Made by a program: the position numbers and the translations under genes
Part shown: positions 34,930 through 45,229 of the stretch, in pieces
Numbering within the stretch: position 1 is the stretch's first letter
Layout of the letters: every line of letters begins with the position of its first letter
The notes under the pieces: generated by a model
Seen by the model: only the letters and a program-made list of their open reading frames with translations
What the model was told of the DNA's origin: nothing
The model's database searches: none
Assembly (NCBI GenBank): GCA_964594095.1
Contig: CAZQKZ010000005.1
Location: 46,921-110,920, forward strand
Reading direction: 5' to 3'
DNA: 64,000 bases
Source of the DNA: an uncultured Leptospiraceae bacterium
Lineage (GTDB): Bacteria; Spirochaetota; Leptospiria; Leptospirales; Leptonemataceae

Positions 34930-37900
34930 CTAAACTTCACCAACCCCGTCCTCACTGGCAAGCTGCTTTTTCACAGGTTCCGAGAGAAATTTCAGTGCCT
35001 GAGTCAGCTCCTCAAGAGAACTGTTCCCCTTTCCTCTGGGCGTAAAATACATGGTGTCCGCACTTTTAGGTTCCACAGAAAGCCCAAGTCCTTTTTTCAG
35101 TGAATCAATCACATGCAGCGGGGGTACCCGGAAACTGTCAGACGCTTTCATGAGGATTCTTCCGTTCTCGGTTTCATAAACAGCTGCAAATCCGCAGAGA
35201 CTTGCCAGAGTCCGGATAGTTTCGATTAAAACAAAAGTTACTGCGGTTTCAGGTGCTTTGCCAAAGCGGTCTTCCATCTGAGTGAAGATCTTCTGAACTT
35301 CCTCATCATCGCGCGCTGCTTCGTATTTTTTATAAAATTCTATACGCTGTCTGGTGTCGGTAATATAATCTTCCGGCAGATAAAAATCAGTCTTCAGATT
35401 GATTGCTGTCCGGATTTCAGCAATGGAGGTTTCTCCTTTGAGTCTTCGGACCGCCTCATCCAGAAGCTTCACATAAAGTTCATAACCCACTTCCACTATT
35501 TCGCCGGACTGCTCCTTTCCCAGAACATTTCCGGCACCCCTGATTTCAAGATCCCTCATGGAGACTTTAAACCCGCTTCCCAGTTCCTGGTATTCGAGAA
35601 TTGTGGAAAGACGTTTCTGTGCAAGTTCGGTAAGACTGCGGCCTGCCGGATAAAACAGATATGCATATGCCTGCCTGTTCGAGCGCCCGACTCTTCCGCG
35701 GATCTGGTAGAGCTGTGCCAGACCGAACATGTCCGCACGATCAATAATAAGAGTATTCACATTCGGCATATCGATACCGCTTTCTATAATGGAAGTCGTT
35801 ACGAGCATATCGTATTTACGCTCCAGAAAATCCATTAATATGTCCTCGATCTGATCTTCCGTCATCTGACCATGAAGTGTGGCCAGCCGGACTTCCGGCA
35901 GCAGCTTCTGAATACGGCTTGCCTGGATTTCAATGGTTTCCACACGGTTATGGAGGAAGAAAACCTGACCATCGCGGGCCAGTTCCCTCTGCACGGCTTC
36001 GGTGAGCACCGCATCAGAGTCTTCCATTACATAAGTTCTTACGGCAAGCCTGTCCTGGGGCGGGGTCTGGATTATGGAAATATCACGAATTCCGGTCAGT
36101 GACATATGCAGAGTCCGGGGGATTGGTGTTGCGGTGAGGGTCAGCACATCAACCAGTTTGCGCACAGATTTTATAGTTTCTTTATGATTAACTCCGAAAC
36201 GCTGCTCTTCATCGACAATCAGAAGACCCAGATTTTTCATGGCAACATCTTTGGAAAGCAGGGCATGAGTTCCTATGATTACATCAATCTCTCCCTCTTT
36301 CAGTTTTTTGCGGGCTTCGGTGATCTCCCTGCGGCTTCGGAAACGGCTGATCCAGTCCACAGTGACCGGATAATTTTTAAACCTTTCGGAAATGTTACGA
36401 AAATGCTGCATGGCCAGAATTGTTGTGGGAGCAATAATCGCCACCTGTTTACCGGACATAACAGCTTTAAAGGCAGCACGTATGGCCACTTCTGTTTTTC
36501 CATAGCCCACATCTCCGCAGACAAGCCTGTCCATCGGCTTCTCGGACTCCATATCTCTTTTTACTGCCTCAATCGCTGCAATCTGGTCCGGTGTTTCTTC
36601 GTAGGGAAATTCTGATTCAAACTCTTCCTGCCATGCTGTGTCAGGAGGGAAGGCAAAACCTTTTTCCTTTATGCGGACAGCATAAAGTTTCACAAGTTTT
36701 GCAGCGAACTCCTCAATTTTTTCCTCAACCCGCTCCCTTACTTTTTTAAAAGAAGCGCGGCCCAGAGAATCCAGCTTCGGCTTTTCAATATGCGATGAAT
36801 ATTTCTGAACAAGGGAAATCTGATCCAGGGGAACAAACAGGCGGTCATCGTCGGCATATTCCAGAACCAGAAAATCCCTTTCGCGGCCCGCTGCTTCAAC
36901 CCTTTCGAGACCCAGAAACCGGCCTATGCCATGCGTTATATGCACCACGTAATCCCCTTCCTTAAGATCGAGAAAGGAATCCACAGGGCTGGACGTAATA
37001 TTGCGGAAATGATTCTTTTTTCGGTAGCTGCGCCCGAATATATCTGCATCGCTCAGAAAAAGAGTATCTGTGTCTTTTAAAAGGAATCCTTCGCGTATTC
37101 CGGACTGAACGATATACAGTACTTTTTTATTTTTACCTTTTGCAATCTGAAGAGGTTTTCCGGAAGGTACAATTTCTATAGTCAGATCCTTTTCCGTGCG
37201 GAAAATGCCTGCCACCCGGTTCATCTGAGCCGGAAACAGGCTCGATATGATCACAGTCCTGCCTGATCCGATCCAGGCCGTGATCTGATCCCTGAGTTCC
37301 CGGATTCTGCCCCGGAACCCGGTGATGCTTTCCAGGCCGAATGTGGTTTCAGATTCTCCCAGCAGACTGAGTTCGGCAGCCGTTTCCGATATCAGCGGAA
37401 GAGAAAGGAGATTTTCAGGATCTGCGCAGACCTTTGACTGATGGTCCTTTTCGTACAGGGTTCGGTATTCCCGGATGATCTGTTCCTCTCTGTGAAGAAG
37501 TCTTTCCCTGTCCCAGATAATATGGAAAGTATCATTCCCTGTGATTTCGGAAAGACTCCGGAGAGGAGCGGCAAAGGAATAGAGCTGTTCAATTCCAGGA
37601 TGATTCATCTGGGAATATATTCCCCCTTCTTCGGGGCTGCCCACCCAGTCGGGATACAGTAAGTCTGTACCGGAAAGAATTTCGTCAAGTTTTTTACTTT
37701 CTTCCGGGGTAAGAAAAAATTCGCCTGCTGGCAGAATCGTAATGCTTTTTTCGGATTCTTTTTTCCCGGCTTTGAGCTGTGTTTCCACATCGAAACTGTG
37801 AATACTTTCAAGCTCATCATCAAAGAAATCGAGCCGCACCGGCAGCTGGCTCCCTACCGGATAAAGGTCAATTATGGATCCTTTTACACTGAATTCGCCA

Positions 37901-38397
37901 GGAAGCTCCGTGCGGCTGGAGCGGGAGTATCCCATCAGGGACAGACTTCTCTGCAGATCGGAAAAGCTGTAATTCTTACCTTTTTCAATCTTCAAAGATA
38001 CAGAGTGCAGCCGCTTCGGATCCGGAAATTTTTTCATCACAGCTTCCGGTGAGGTAAAAATAATACAGGGCTTTCCGGTAAGGATTCTGTCAAGGGCCCG
38101 GATACGGTGCATTGTGATTTCCGCGGAATACGCGGCAAATTCATAAGGAATCCCTTCGTAACCAGGAAGCCACACCACATCCTCTTCAGGCAGATAGGAA
38201 CAGGCTTCCTCTGCCAGATACCCTGCATCCTGGTTGGATGCTGCCGTAACCACTACTGTTTTATTTTTCTGTGATTTTTTTAAAAACACAGCACAGGAAA
38301 AAAAAACCCTGGCTCCGGACGGAATCCGGAGAACACTTCCTGGCTCCGTATCCTGTTTAAACCAGGTATCGCTGTAACGGATCAGCAGTTCTTTCAT
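34930..38397 (-). CDS. mfd: transcription-repair coupling factor
   Basis: 1155 aa. CarD-like GDYVVHITHGIGRF, helicase GDVGYGKTEVA and DEEQRFGV, C-terminal TRCF domain. Confidence 0.95.
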   Translation of the reverse strand: MKELLIRYSDTWFKQDTEPGSVLRIPSGARVFFSCAVFLKKSQKNKTVVVTAASNQDAGYLAEEACSYLPEEDVVWLPGYEGIPYEFAAYSAEITMHRIRALDRILTGKPCIIFTSPEAVMKKFPDPKRLHSVSLKIEKGKNYSFSDLQRSLSLMGYSRSSRTELPGEFSVKGSIIDLYPVGSQLPVRLDFFDDELESIHSFDVETQLKAGKKESEKSITILPAGEFFLTPEESKKLDEILSGTDLLYPDWVGSPEEGGIYSQMNHPGIEQLYSFAAPLRSLSEITGNDTFHIIWDRERLLHREEQIIREYRTLYEKDHQSKVCADPENLLSLPLISETAAELSLLGESETTFGLESITGFRGRIRELRDQITAWIGSGRTVIISSLFPAQMNRVAGIFRTEKDLTIEIVPSGKPLQIAKGKNKKVLYIVQSGIREGFLLKDTDTLFLSDADIFGRSYRKKNHFRNITSSPVDSFLDLKEGDYVVHITHGIGRFLGLERVEAAGRERDFLVLEYADDDRLFVPLDQISLVQKYSSHIEKPKLDSLGRASFKKVRERVEEKIEEFAAKLVKLYAVRIKEKGFAFPPDTAWQEEFESEFPYEETPDQIAAIEAVKRDMESEKPMDRLVCGDVGYGKTEVAIRAAFKAVMSGKQVAIIAPTTILAMQHFRNISERFKNYPVTVDWISRFRSRREITEARKKLKEGEIDVIIGTHALLSKDVAMKNLGLLIVDEEQRFGVNHKETIKSVRKLVDVLTLTATPIPRTLHMSLTGIRDISIIQTPPQDRLAVRTYVMEDSDAVLTEAVQRELARDGQVFFLHNRVETIEIQASRIQKLLPEVRLATLHGQMTEDQIEDILMDFLERKYDMLVTTSIIESGIDMPNVNTLIIDRADMFGLAQLYQIRGRVGRSNRQAYAYLFYPAGRSLTELAQKRLSTILEYQELGSGFKVSMRDLEIRGAGNVLGKEQSGEIVEVGYELYVKLLDEAVRRLKGETSIAEIRTAINLKTDFYLPEDYITDTRQRIEFYKKYEAARDDEEVQKIFTQMEDRFGKAPETAVTFVLIETIRTLASLCGFAAVYETENGRILMKASDSFRVPPLHVIDSLKKGLGLSVEPKSADTMYFTPRGKGNSSLEELTQALKFLSEPVKKQLASEDGVGEV

Positions 38398-38409
38398 GCT
38401 GCGTTCCCG

Positions 38410-40038
38410 TCAAAGCTTCGCAGCCGCATACATTCTTTTATAATATTCTGCACCTTCTCTTTCAAGGTATTCTTCGTAGGTTCCGGGGAAATCTATGATT
38501 TTGTCCGGAGTAACTTCAATAATCCGCGTAGCGAGAGACGAAACAAATTCACGGTCATGAGAAACAAAAATCACAGTTCCGTCGTAAACAGTCAGGGCAT
38601 AGTTCAGAGATTCAATGGATTCAAGGTCAAGGTGGTTGGTTGGTTCATCCAGCGCCAGAAGATTGTCTTCCCGGAGAATCATGAGGCCAATGATCAGTCT
38701 GGATTTTTCTCCGCCCGAAAGAACTGAGGTCGGTTTCAGTGCCTGATCTCCGCGAAACAGCATTCTGCCCAGGATTCCCCTGACTGCAGTGGTATCAATT
38801 TCCGGGTTCTCAGAATTCCGGTAAAGCCAGTCGGTCAGCTGGTCTGCATCCTCTGTGATTGCCTCCCGGTGATCCTGAGGAAAATAGGACGCACTCACAG
38901 TCTCACCCCAGGTTACAGTGCCGGAATCAGGCTCTGTTTTTTTAAGCAGAGTTTTCAGCAGTGTGGTTTTACCTACACCGTTGGTACCGATAATGGCCAC
39001 TTTTTCTCCCTTACCGATTATTAAATCCAGATCCTCAAAAATCACACGGTCATACACTTTTTTAATTTTTGCCGCTTCGATAACATCCTTACCCAGAGGT
39101 TTTCTGCATTTAAACCGGATAAACGGGGAAACCCGGGAGGTTGGGCGGATATCGTCCAGCTTGATTTTTTCAATGGCCTTGGCTCTGGAAGTTGCCTGCT
39201 TGGATCTTGCTGCATTGGAAGAGAACCGGTTCACAAATTCCTGAAGCTCAGCGATTTTTTCCTGCTTACGCTTGTTTTCCGAAACGGCCCGTTCCCGTGC
39301 GGCAGTAGATGCTTCCATGAAATCATCATAATTGCCGGGGTAGACTTTAATGGTACCGTAATCAAGGTCGCAGACATGAGTGGCGATTGAGTTGATAAAA
39401 TGGCGGTCATGGGAGATAACAATCACAACCCCTTCATATGCGGTCAGGAAGTTTTCCAGCCAGTGGATGGTTTTAATATCGAGGTGGTTCGTAGGTTCGT
39501 CCAGAAGAAGAACATCAGGACGTAAAAAGAGAACCTGTGCAAGAAGAACACGAAGCTTGAATCCGCCTGTCAGAGAGCTCATCAGCTCCCCGTGGTAGGC
39601 TGTGGGTATCCCAAGACCTTCCAGAAGCTCCCCGGCCACACTTTCAGCCTCATATCCGCCCATGTCAGCAAAAGTTTCCTCAAGCTCCGAAGCCCGGATC
39701 CCGTCTTCTTCAGTCATTTCGGACTTTGCATAGATGGCATCCCTCTCCTGATTAATTTTCCAGAATTCCGGATTTCCCATAAGTACTGTGTTCATTACAG
39801 TTTCGTTTTCATACTGATAGTGGTCCTGTTTGAGGTAGCCGACCTTCACACCGGAATCGATGGCCACTGCGCCTGCCGAGGATTCTTCCATGCCTGCCAT
39901 GATTTTCAGCAGGGTGGATTTACCGGAACCATTGGCCCCAATCAGACCATAGCGGTTCCCTTCTTTAAATTTGATGGATACATTTTCGAATAAAGTTTTC
40001 TTGCCAAAACTTACGGAGAGATCTGTGATGCTTATCAT
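38410..40038 (-). CDS. ABC-F family ATPase (translation-factor type)
   Basis: Two ABC cassettes (GANGSGKST / LSGGFK...LLLDEPTNHLD; GTNGVGKTT / LSGGEK...LALDEPTNHLD). No TM domain. Confidence 0.9.
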   Translation of the reverse strand: MISITDLSVSFGKKTLFENVSIKFKEGNRYGLIGANGSGKSTLLKIMAGMEESSAGAVAIDSGVKVGYLKQDHYQYENETVMNTVLMGNPEFWKINQERDAIYAKSEMTEEDGIRASELEETFADMGGYEAESVAGELLEGLGIPTAYHGELMSSLTGGFKLRVLLAQVLFLRPDVLLLDEPTNHLDIKTIHWLENFLTAYEGVVIVISHDRHFINSIATHVCDLDYGTIKVYPGNYDDFMEASTAARERAVSENKRKQEKIAELQEFVNRFSSNAARSKQATSRAKAIEKIKLDDIRPTSRVSPFIRFKCRKPLGKDVIEAAKIKKVYDRVIFEDLDLIIGKGEKVAIIGTNGVGKTTLLKTLLKKTEPDSGTVTWGETVSASYFPQDHREAITEDADQLTDWLYRNSENPEIDTTAVRGILGRMLFRGDQALKPTSVLSGGEKSRLIIGLMILREDNLLALDEPTNHLDLESIESLNYALTVYDGTVIFVSHDREFVSSLATRIIEVTPDKIIDFPGTYEEYLEREGAEYYKRMYAAAKL

Positions 40039-40137
40039 TAATAACTGAATTTTCAGATACGGTCATACAGAAAAGAACTTTTTCTTTTTTGAAACCGTTT
40101 TGCACTGCAGAATTCTAAAGGGTAAGGAGGATTCCCA

Positions 40138-40626
40138 ATGGCATTGGATCTGGATACAATTAAAGCAAAGGATATTATGGCTAAGAGCGTTATTTCTGTT
40201 ACAAAAGACGCTTCCATAAAAAAAATGGTGGAAACACTGAAAGCCCACGGAATCAGCGGACTTCCTGTTGTGGACGAGCACGGAAAAGCTGTGGGAATCG
40301 TATCTGCTACTGACGTAATTCAGTATGCGTGTTCTGCAGCACCCGGAAACATTGTATTAAAGAAAAAGCCTGACTCAGCTTATTATACCTACGGAGAAAG
40401 CCTCCAGGTTGAATACCTGGACGGAGAAATCGCAGAATCCACGAAGATTATTACTGTTGGCGATATTATGACGCAGCAGGTGCATTCAGTCAGTGAAGAA
40501 GATTCTGTGACCGAGGTGGCTGCTCTGATGCTTGAAAGAGGCATTCACCGCATCACTGTGATCCGTGAAGGGGCACCGGTCGGAATCATCACCACGATGG
40601 ACCTCATTAAGCTTCTGAAGAAATAA
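40138..40626 (+). CDS. CBS-pair domain protein
   Basis: Two CBS repeats (IMAKSVISV...GISGLPVVD; IMTQQVHSV...GIHRITVI). Confidence 0.8.
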   Translation: MALDLDTIKAKDIMAKSVISVTKDASIKKMVETLKAHGISGLPVVDEHGKAVGIVSATDVIQYACSAAPGNIVLKKKPDSAYYTYGESLQVEYLDGEIAESTKIITVGDIMTQQVHSVSEEDSVTEVAALMLERGIHRITVIREGAPVGIITTMDLIKLLKK

Positions 40627-40648
40627 ACTTCCCGGAAAGAAAACGATA

Positions 40649-40686
40649 TAAAAAAACCCGCATTATAGATCACTATAAAGCGGGTT
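40649..40686 (-). terminator. rho-independent terminator of the RRM gene
   Basis: ACCCGCATTATAG / CTATAAAGCGGGT, 13-bp stem with one mismatch and a 4-nt loop, followed on the minus strand by T7. Confidence 0.6.
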
Positions 40687-40709
40687 CGGATACTTAACAG
40701 TCAGTCTGA

Positions 40710-41036
40710 TCAGTAATCGCGACGATAGTTATCCCTGCGATTATTTCCGTAACCGCCGCCATGCCCGCCACCAGAGCGAGGTGCTCTTTCACGTTCAATA
40801 GCTTCATTTACCTTAATCGCCCGTCCTTCCAGTTCCTTTCCGTCCATCTCATTAACAGCTGCTGTACCTGCGTCATCTTCTGAGAAGGTGACAAATCCGA
40901 AACCCCTTGAACGACCGGTCTCCCGATCCATGATCACTTTCACTTCACTTATATTTCCAAAACGCTCGAAAGCGGTGCGCAGTCCTTCTTCGGAAGTCTT
41001 CCAATTAAGACCACCCACAAATAGTTTCTTTGACAT
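40710..41036 (-). CDS. RRM-type glycine/arginine-rich RNA-binding protein
   Basis: RNP2 LFVGGL, RNP1 RGFGFVTF, tail GGGHGGGYGNNRRDNYRRDY. ATG at 41036 has GGAG upstream. Confidence 0.85.
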   Translation of the reverse strand: MSKKLFVGGLNWKTSEEGLRTAFERFGNISEVKVIMDRETGRSRGFGFVTFSEDDAGTAAVNEMDGKELEGRAIKVNEAIERERAPRSGGGHGGGYGNNRRDNYRRDY

Positions 41037-41186
41037 ACTTCTACATTCTCCATTACTTGACGGTTTCCCGCCATTAAGTAACATTGAACTAAAAACCTGA
41101 TAAAACGGCAAGGTTTTTTTCTGATTTTTTAATTTTTTTTTTAGAATTGACAGATTTTTATTCTGTTACCTACCTATTCCCGAGTT

Positions 41187-43025
41187 ATGTCTTATTTAAT
41201 CCGCTTCTTTCTTTATTCTGCTGTTTTTTTCATCATTTTTCCCGGCCCCCTGCACTGCTTCTCCGGTAAAAAGAAAAAATCCCTGCATCCCCCGTTAGAT
41301 GGTGAACTGATTGTAACAGGAACCGTGGGTGAATACAGGCCAAACCACTTCCACCGGGGGCTCGATTTCAGTACCGGTAATGAAGTTGGTAAAAAAGTAT
41401 ACGCAATTGACGAAGGCTTTGTGTCAAAACTCGCATACCACCGCTACGGAATCGGACTGGCTGTATGGATACGGCATCCCGGTAACAGAGAATCCCTTTA
41501 TGGCCATCTGAATGATTTTGCACCGGAGATTCTGAACCACCCCGCCATACCGGCTGAGATCCGCGAGAAAGCAGAACGCAGGCAGGAATTCACCATCAGC
41601 TTTGAAGACGACAGTATTTCTGTTTCAAGAGGAATGCATATTGCCTTTTCGGGGGAATCCGGCATTGGCCTTCCTCATCTTCATATGGAATATAAAGTGG
41701 ACGGAATTTACGTAAATCCGTTATTATACGGACTTCCTGTAAACGATACCACTCCCCCGGTGATTGATGAAATCAGCATCGTGCCTCTGTCTGCACGGTC
41801 AAGAATCAACGGCAAAGCCGAACCATTTTCCCTGAAGCTCATGGAAGCATTCCCTCAGCCCATGAAAGAATCCGGAGGATACCGGATGGATTATGTTGTG
41901 TTTCATGATCCGAAATCAAAACAGGCCCGTTCTGAGCCTGAAATCCGCATAACCGGGCCGGTTGGCATTATCGTAACCGGATGGGATCCGTTCAGTAAAT
42001 CGCGCCTTGGTTATAAAACAGGGTCCCTTTATGAAGTTCCGCTGTCAGGGAATAAGCAGAAATCTGAAAAGATTTTTTCGTTTGATCTGAATTATCTGAA
42101 TCCGGGAGCGGGCGACATCGAAGCTTTTCGCAATATTCTGCTCTATGACGGACTTCGCTCAAAAATCAGCGGAGGAACCACCTATGCCCATTATTTTTTT
42201 GAGCGTATCCCGGGAAGTCTTTCATTCACAGAGTCTGAAAACGAAGGCATTATTGAATTTGATTCCGGTGAGCCGGAAAAAAAAATTATCGCAGAAGCAG
42301 CCGACTCCTTCGGAAACTATTCACAGTTTTCAGTTTTGTTCAGAAAGGATACGGCTGTTTACGGTGATGTCCAGGGCTTCCAGGCATTTACCGGAATTGA
42401 TTCAGAGGAAATCCTTCTGGAAAGTGAAGACGGACTTTTCCGGGTTAAAATACCCGAAGGCAAAAAGATCGGAAACTTCCGGCTTTCCGTAAGCCAGAAT
42501 GGAACCGCACCCCGTCTGCCTGCCGGACTGTCTTTGCAGAGTAAAGTATACACCATTGCCCCCTCAACCAGAGATTTCCTTACCTGGTATGAGGCAGAAA
42601 TCAAAGGTAACTCTGCCAGTAAAACTGATGTTTACCGTATTGACGGGAACAGCATCCGCCGGATTGAATCTGAAAAAAGTGAAAACCGGTTCTTTTTTCG
42701 CCAGCATGTTACCGGTTCCTTTGCACTGATCAAAGACACAACCGCTCCGGTCTGGCTGCCGCCCAAAATAGTTATGACCGGCGACCGAGGCAGAAGACTC
42801 CTGCTCTATGCCAGAGATACAGGGAGTGGTATTAATCCTGAAACTGCAGAGGTTACGATAAACGGAAAAAAAGTCTTCACAGACTTCGATGCAGACCGGA
42901 ATCATCTGGAAGTTGTGTATCCGAAAAATGTGCTTGCGAAAGGGAATTACGTACTGCAGGCTGTGATCAGCGATATGGCCGGGAATGTTTCGGATAAAGT
43001 TACTTTCCGTTACAATATACCGTAA
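41187..43025 (+). CDS. M23-family metallopeptidase with a long C-terminal beta-rich region
   Basis: HFHRGLDF (HxxxD) and LPHLHMEY (HxH). Signal peptide. Ig-like C-terminus. Confidence 0.8.
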   Translation: MSYLIRFFLYSAVFFIIFPGPLHCFSGKKKKSLHPPLDGELIVTGTVGEYRPNHFHRGLDFSTGNEVGKKVYAIDEGFVSKLAYHRYGIGLAVWIRHPGNRESLYGHLNDFAPEILNHPAIPAEIREKAERRQEFTISFEDDSISVSRGMHIAFSGESGIGLPHLHMEYKVDGIYVNPLLYGLPVNDTTPPVIDEISIVPLSARSRINGKAEPFSLKLMEAFPQPMKESGGYRMDYVVFHDPKSKQARSEPEIRITGPVGIIVTGWDPFSKSRLGYKTGSLYEVPLSGNKQKSEKIFSFDLNYLNPGAGDIEAFRNILLYDGLRSKISGGTTYAHYFFERIPGSLSFTESENEGIIEFDSGEPEKKIIAEAADSFGNYSQFSVLFRKDTAVYGDVQGFQAFTGIDSEEILLESEDGLFRVKIPEGKKIGNFRLSVSQNGTAPRLPAGLSLQSKVYTIAPSTRDFLTWYEAEIKGNSASKTDVYRIDGNSIRRIESEKSENRFFFRQHVTGSFALIKDTTAPVWLPPKIVMTGDRGRRLLLYARDTGSGINPETAEVTINGKKVFTDFDADRNHLEVVYPKNVLAKGNYVLQAVISDMAGNVSDKVTFRYNIP

Positions 43026-43034
43026 AAGGGATTC

Positions 43035-43064
43035 GCTGCCCGTAACCTGAATTATACGGGCAGC
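43035..43064. terminator. hairpin between convergent genes (no U-tract)
   Basis: GCTGCCCGTA / TACGGGCAGC, perfect 10-bp stem and 10-nt loop. Confidence 0.4.
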
Positions 43065-43079
43065 CGAATAAACCGAAGA

Positions 43080-43583
43080 TTATTCTTCTTCATCGTCTCC
43101 GAATTCATCATCTTCGTGATCTTCTGTGAAATACAGATCAATGAATTCCTCTTCCATTTCAAGCAGATCGTCGTCCGCATTATCGAGCAGATCCATATCA
43201 CCTTCTGTAACAGCTTTGGTTACATTAGAGGCAATAGTTTTAAGATCTTCCATATCGTCGGTATCTTCCATCAGTGACTTGGAATAGTGAAGCAGAACAA
43301 GTCTGTTACGAAGTACACTGAGATCCAGATCTTCTTCCGAAGCGGTTATAGACTGATCAAGACCAGCCAGCCATTCGGGTTTGGAATCTGCAGGGAGGCC
43401 ATTCAGAATTCTTGTTTCAAATTCATAAAACAGCTCATCTGCGCCTTCCTCATCGTTTTCCAGTTTGTCTGCAATGCTGTCCAGTTCTTCCAGAAGCTTT
43501 TCTGACTCCTGTTCTTCCACAAGTAATAATAATAACAGATAACGACGTTCTGTTTCGCTGTAAAAATCCAGTTCTTCTTCCAA
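43080..43583 (-). CDS. highly acidic hypothetical protein
   Basis: 167 aa, D/E-rich throughout, no motif recognised. Confidence 0.45.
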   Translation of the reverse strand: MEEELDFYSETERRYLLLLLLVEEQESEKLLEELDSIADKLENDEEGADELFYEFETRILNGLPADSKPEWLAGLDQSITASEEDLDLSVLRNRLVLLHYSKSLMEDTDDMEDLKTIASNVTKAVTEGDMDLLDNADDDLLEMEEEFIDLYFTEDHEDDEFGDDEEE

Positions 43584-43676
43584 AATATTCCTCCGATTGT
43601 ATGAATCCAGAATATAAAGCAGCTTTTTTCAGGAAAGAAATATTTTAGCTGCCTGGTTAAAAAAAAATCAGACCGT

Positions 43677-44678
43677 TCAGGCCTCCCAAAGCCTGGATTT
43701 CTTTGCCCTTTTCAGGACATTCCACCAGGATCGGTAGGATGCACGGTCATGAAGCATTCCTTCGTATTCCACCGGACCCATATGATTTTCCATTGCTTTT
43801 TTCAGAACGGCCTCTGCGGTCCGGATTTCGCCCGGTTCAGGTGACATTCCCCGGAGGATCGGATCAATCTGAGCCGGGTGTATGGACCACATTCTTAAGA
43901 AACCGAACAGGGAACGGGCTGTACGGGCATCGCTTTCAATAACGGATTCATTTTTAAGATCGATGCATACATTCTGAGAGGCAATCACCCCGTTTGACAG
44001 AGCAGCAAAAGCCAGTTTTTCCCGGGCAGCCCGAATCAGAGGATGCGAAAACTGACCAGGGCTTTTCATAGCAGCAACAGGCACGGCACCCTGAAAATCA
44101 GAAACAAAATCCATAAGGCCAAAGTCCAGAACTTCCACCGGTTCGGCTGCGGCCATGACATCAGCATCCTTCAGTGCTGACTGTGATTCAATCAGAACAT
44201 GAACCGGAATTTTTTTTTCGATCCCCTCTTTTATACATACATCATGAATCAGATCCAGAACTGCAAACAGAGAGGCTGCATTCCTCGCTTTGGGTACCGT
44301 GATATAAGCCACAGAGCTGCCGGCTTTTTTAATAAGGGTCTTTATTTCATTTTCTGTAAAGGAAGATTCAGGATCATGCACCCGCACACCCACCCGGCGG
44401 AATCTGTTTGCTTCGCTCAGCAGAACATCCGCAGCCAGATTGAGCTGTTCTTTCTCACTTCCTACAGGGGCACCATCTTCCAGATCAAAGGTTATATCAA
44501 AAGCACCATTCTTCTGATACTGAAGCTCCAGAGCTTTTCCTGCTGTTTTTGCGTTACCGCAGTAATGCTCACAAACTGCAAGGTCAGGGAAATGCATTTC
44601 ATTCTGATATAGGACAGTATCAAGATCATTCCAGGTTAACATAATATCTCCGTCCTGTAAATCCTGTGAAAACCCCAT
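43677..44678 (-). CDS. HpcH/HpaI aldolase / citrate-lyase beta (CitE)-like protein
   Basis: FDLEDGAP, VGVRVH, ITVPKA. An alternative ATG lies at 44642. Confidence 0.7.
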   Translation of the reverse strand: MGFSQDLQDGDIMLTWNDLDTVLYQNEMHFPDLAVCEHYCGNAKTAGKALELQYQKNGAFDITFDLEDGAPVGSEKEQLNLAADVLLSEANRFRRVGVRVHDPESSFTENEIKTLIKKAGSSVAYITVPKARNAASLFAVLDLIHDVCIKEGIEKKIPVHVLIESQSALKDADVMAAAEPVEVLDFGLMDFVSDFQGAVPVAAMKSPGQFSHPLIRAAREKLAFAALSNGVIASQNVCIDLKNESVIESDARTARSLFGFLRMWSIHPAQIDPILRGMSPEPGEIRTAEAVLKKAMENHMGPVEYEGMLHDRASYRSWWNVLKRAKKSRLWEA

Positions 44679-44895
44679 ACTTTGGCAATTCTTTTACAGG
44701 AACCAGTGATTAGAGATTACAGGATACTGATTACTGAAATTCAGTTTCGCCGAAATACACTGCTGTGCTTCACTATAAAAAAATGCTGAATGTATGAATG
44801 AAACACAGCAAAGCCACACATTAACCATGCGCATATTCACTTCAGCCTGAAAACTTTTCATTCACAGGAAGACTTAACCAGAATGATCAGATAAA

Positions 44896-45225
44896 TCAGC
44901 ACGCGGCATCAAGAGCAAGTTCCACTGAATCAAAAACTGTTACATGATCAAGGAGTCCCACAAGTCCCATTACTTTAGAAACATGACCATTTACACCGGA
45001 GAATACAATCCGGTGACCCTTTTCTGATGCATTGGAAACCAGCGCGATAAGAGCTGCAAGTCCCGAAGAATTGATATAGCCGGTTCCGGAAAAATCAAGG
45101 ATTATGTATCTGCGTCTTTTTTCCGGCACCGCTTTATAGGCCTCATTGAGGTTTTCATCGACTCCCGAAACAAGAGATTCCGAAAGTTTCACGACAGGTA
45201 TACCTCTTATGTATTCTGTTTTCAT
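44896..45225 (-). CDS. STAS-domain anti-sigma-factor antagonist (SpoIIAA-like)
   Basis: ILDFSGTGYINSSGLAALIAL with the phosphorylatable Ser context. Confidence 0.8.
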   Translation of the reverse strand: MKTEYIRGIPVVKLSESLVSGVDENLNEAYKAVPEKRRRYIILDFSGTGYINSSGLAALIALVSNASEKGHRIVFSGVNGHVSKVMGLVGLLDHVTVFDSVELALDAAC

Positions 45226-45229
45226 GAAT

